Shown: positions 61,157 to 62,420 of the stretch, piece by piece
Position numbering within the stretch: position 1 is the first letter of the stretch
Layout: each line of letters begins with the position of its first letter
Assembly: GCA_046155725.1 (NCBI GenBank)
Contig: JBJXFT010000322.1
Location: forward strand, 1-62,420
Source: Saprospiraceae bacterium
Lineage (GTDB): Bacteria > Bacteroidota > Bacteroidia > Chitinophagales > Saprospiraceae
Direction: 5' to 3'
Length of the DNA: 62,420 nucleotides
Program-made: the position numbers and the translations under genes
The notes under the pieces: generated by a model
What the model saw: the letters and a program-made list of their open reading frames with translations, nothing else
Databases searched by the model: none
Told to the model about the DNA's origin: nothing

Positions 61157-62245
61157 ATGGGAATCAGTACGATTAGGATACAAAATTTCAAATCCATCCG
61201 CGACTCTGGCGAGGTGGAAATGCGCCCGTTGAATATCTTGATTGGTGCCAATGGCGTGGGCAAGAGCAACTTCATCAGCTTCTTTAAATTCCTCAATCGG
61301 CTTTATGAGCAGCAGATTCAACTTTATGTTAGCCTGAACGGGAAGGCGGATAGTTTTCTTTATTTTGGAAAAAAGGTGTCTGATTTTTTAGGTGGAGAGA
61401 TTGTCTTTGACAATGAATGGCAGAATGGTTATCGCTTCCAAATGGAGCCAGACCAAGCGGATAATTTGATTATTGCAAGGGAAAGAAGCCAACTTAAAAG
61501 CCCTGGTTTTGATTCACCTCAGTCTATAACCATCAATCGAGGGGGCAGCCCAGAAAGTGTTCTAAAAGACAGCCTACTATCCCGAGACTTTTATTTAAAG
61601 GGTCATTTCAAGTCTTTCAAAGTCTTCCACTTCCACGACACCAGTTCCAATTCTAAAGTCAAAGGCTTTTGTGGGGCTACAGACTATACTTACCTCCAAG
61701 AAGATGGCGGCAACTTAGCAGCATTCCTGTACCGCTTGCAAGAGGCACACCCGCCCCATTTCAAGATTATTGAGCGCACGGTGCGTTCCATCGCGCCTTT
61801 TTTTGACCGATTTCATTTGAAACCTGATGAAATCAATGGCCAACAAATTCAACTCCGCTGGCTCGAAAAAGGTTCTGAGCAACTTTTCACAGCACACAAT
61901 TTTTCCGATGGCACGTTGCGCATGATTTGCCTCGCCACGCTCCTGATGCAGCCCGAACCACCTGACACCATTATCATAGATGAACCAGAGTTAGGTCTTC
62001 ACCCTTTTGCAATTGAGAAGTTGGCCGCTATGCTGAATAGTGCCTCCGCAAAAAGCCAAGTCATTGTATCCACCCAATCCGTCAATCTGCTCAATTACTT
62101 TGATGCAGAGGATGTCATTGTTGTAGAAAGAGAAGATGGTCAATCGGTTTTCCACCGCCTTGACCCTGATGAGTTGGAGGCATGGCTTTCCGAATATTCC
62201 TTGAGCGAACTCTGGGAGAAAAATGTGCTGGGAGGTAGGCCATGA
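61157..62245 (+). CDS. AAA_21/AAA_15-type (ABC/SMC-like) ATPase
   Basis: IRIQNFKSIRDSGEVEMRPLNILIGANGVGKSN (Walker A), FSDGTLRMICLATLL (signature-like), TIIIDEPELGLHP (Walker B). AT-richer than the neighbouring peptidase gene. Confidence 0.7.
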   Translation: MGISTIRIQNFKSIRDSGEVEMRPLNILIGANGVGKSNFISFFKFLNRLYEQQIQLYVSLNGKADSFLYFGKKVSDFLGGEIVFDNEWQNGYRFQMEPDQADNLIIARERSQLKSPGFDSPQSITINRGGSPESVLKDSLLSRDFYLKGHFKSFKVFHFHDTSSNSKVKGFCGATDYTYLQEDGGNLAAFLYRLQEAHPPHFKIIERTVRSIAPFFDRFHLKPDEINGQQIQLRWLEKGSEQLFTAHNFSDGTLRMICLATLLMQPEPPDTIIIDEPELGLHPFAIEKLAAMLNSASAKSQVIVSTQSVNLLNYFDAEDVIVVEREDGQSVFHRLDPDELEAWLSEYSLSELWEKNVLGGRP

Positions 62246-62420
62246 AATATCGAAGCCTAATCATCGTCGTCGAAGGGCAGACGGAAGAGGAATTCGTAAA
62301 CGAAACGTTCGCTCCTTGGCTGAACAGCCAAGGCATTTTTGATGTGCGAGCAATAAAAATTCGCACGAGCAAGACGGGCAAAGGGGGCAATACCAACTAC
62401 GCCCACTTCCAAAACACCAC
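62242..62420 (+). CDS. DUF4276-like protein, 5' part only (runs off the window)
   Basis: Hand translation gives MKYRSLIIVVEGQTEEEFVNETFAPWLNSQGIFDVRAIKIRTSKTGKGGNTNYAHFQNT. The IVVEGQTEEEFV start matches my memory of DUF4276. Its ATG overlaps the ATPase TGA (ATGA). Confidence 0.5.
   Translation, partial: MKYRSLIIVVEGQTEEEFVNETFAPWLNSQGIFDVRAIKIRTSKTGKGGNTNYAHFQNT

Overview
The window looks like a Bacteroidota chromosome. Evidence: five proteins end in T9SS-type C-terminal sorting domains, TAnnTTTG -7 boxes sit 17-29 nt upstream of several ATGs, and DUF1573, GYDIA-type GHMP kinase, YfhO and lamin-tail proteins are present. All calls come from reading the sequence and ORF translations and from remembered family motifs; no homology search was run.

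Housekeeping genes: glnS, tyrS, gcvP, mltG, dacB, ytxJ, tRNA-Arg(CCG), two paralogous lysophospholipid acyltransferases, HMG-CoA reductase, and a partial GHMP kinase at the left edge (not in the ORF track). The last two imply a mevalonate pathway.

Small accessory modules lie between these genes, and several have their own promoter box and look AT-richer by eye:
- an intact DUF433/DUF5615 pair, and a second pair whose toxin has lost its N-terminal half
- a ParE-like toxin with an unrecognised antitoxin
- a zeta-toxin-like P-loop kinase coupled (TGATG) to an 82-aa partner
- an NB-ARC/STAND ATPase with a C-terminal HTH, next to a Uma2 nuclease
- an AIPR abortive-infection-type protein whose stop overlaps (ATGA) a DUF2071 gene
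- an orphan DPPY DNA methyltransferase beside a 63-codon argS 3' remnant
- at the right edge, an AAA_21-type ATPase overlapping (ATGA) a DUF4276-like ORF cut by the window. This is my best candidate for a poorly characterised defence pair.

The most unusual non-coding signal is repeat biology:
- a palindromic element of about 85 bp sits in-frame inside two ORFs
- 7-8 nt tandem repeat arrays (AATCAGC, GTTCATC and others) fill the leaders directly upstream of at least four start codons and one tRNA, with one GTTCATC array inside gcvP
- several other nested-palindrome or MITE-like elements occupy intergenic gaps.

No CRISPR array, rRNA, transposase or integrase was seen.
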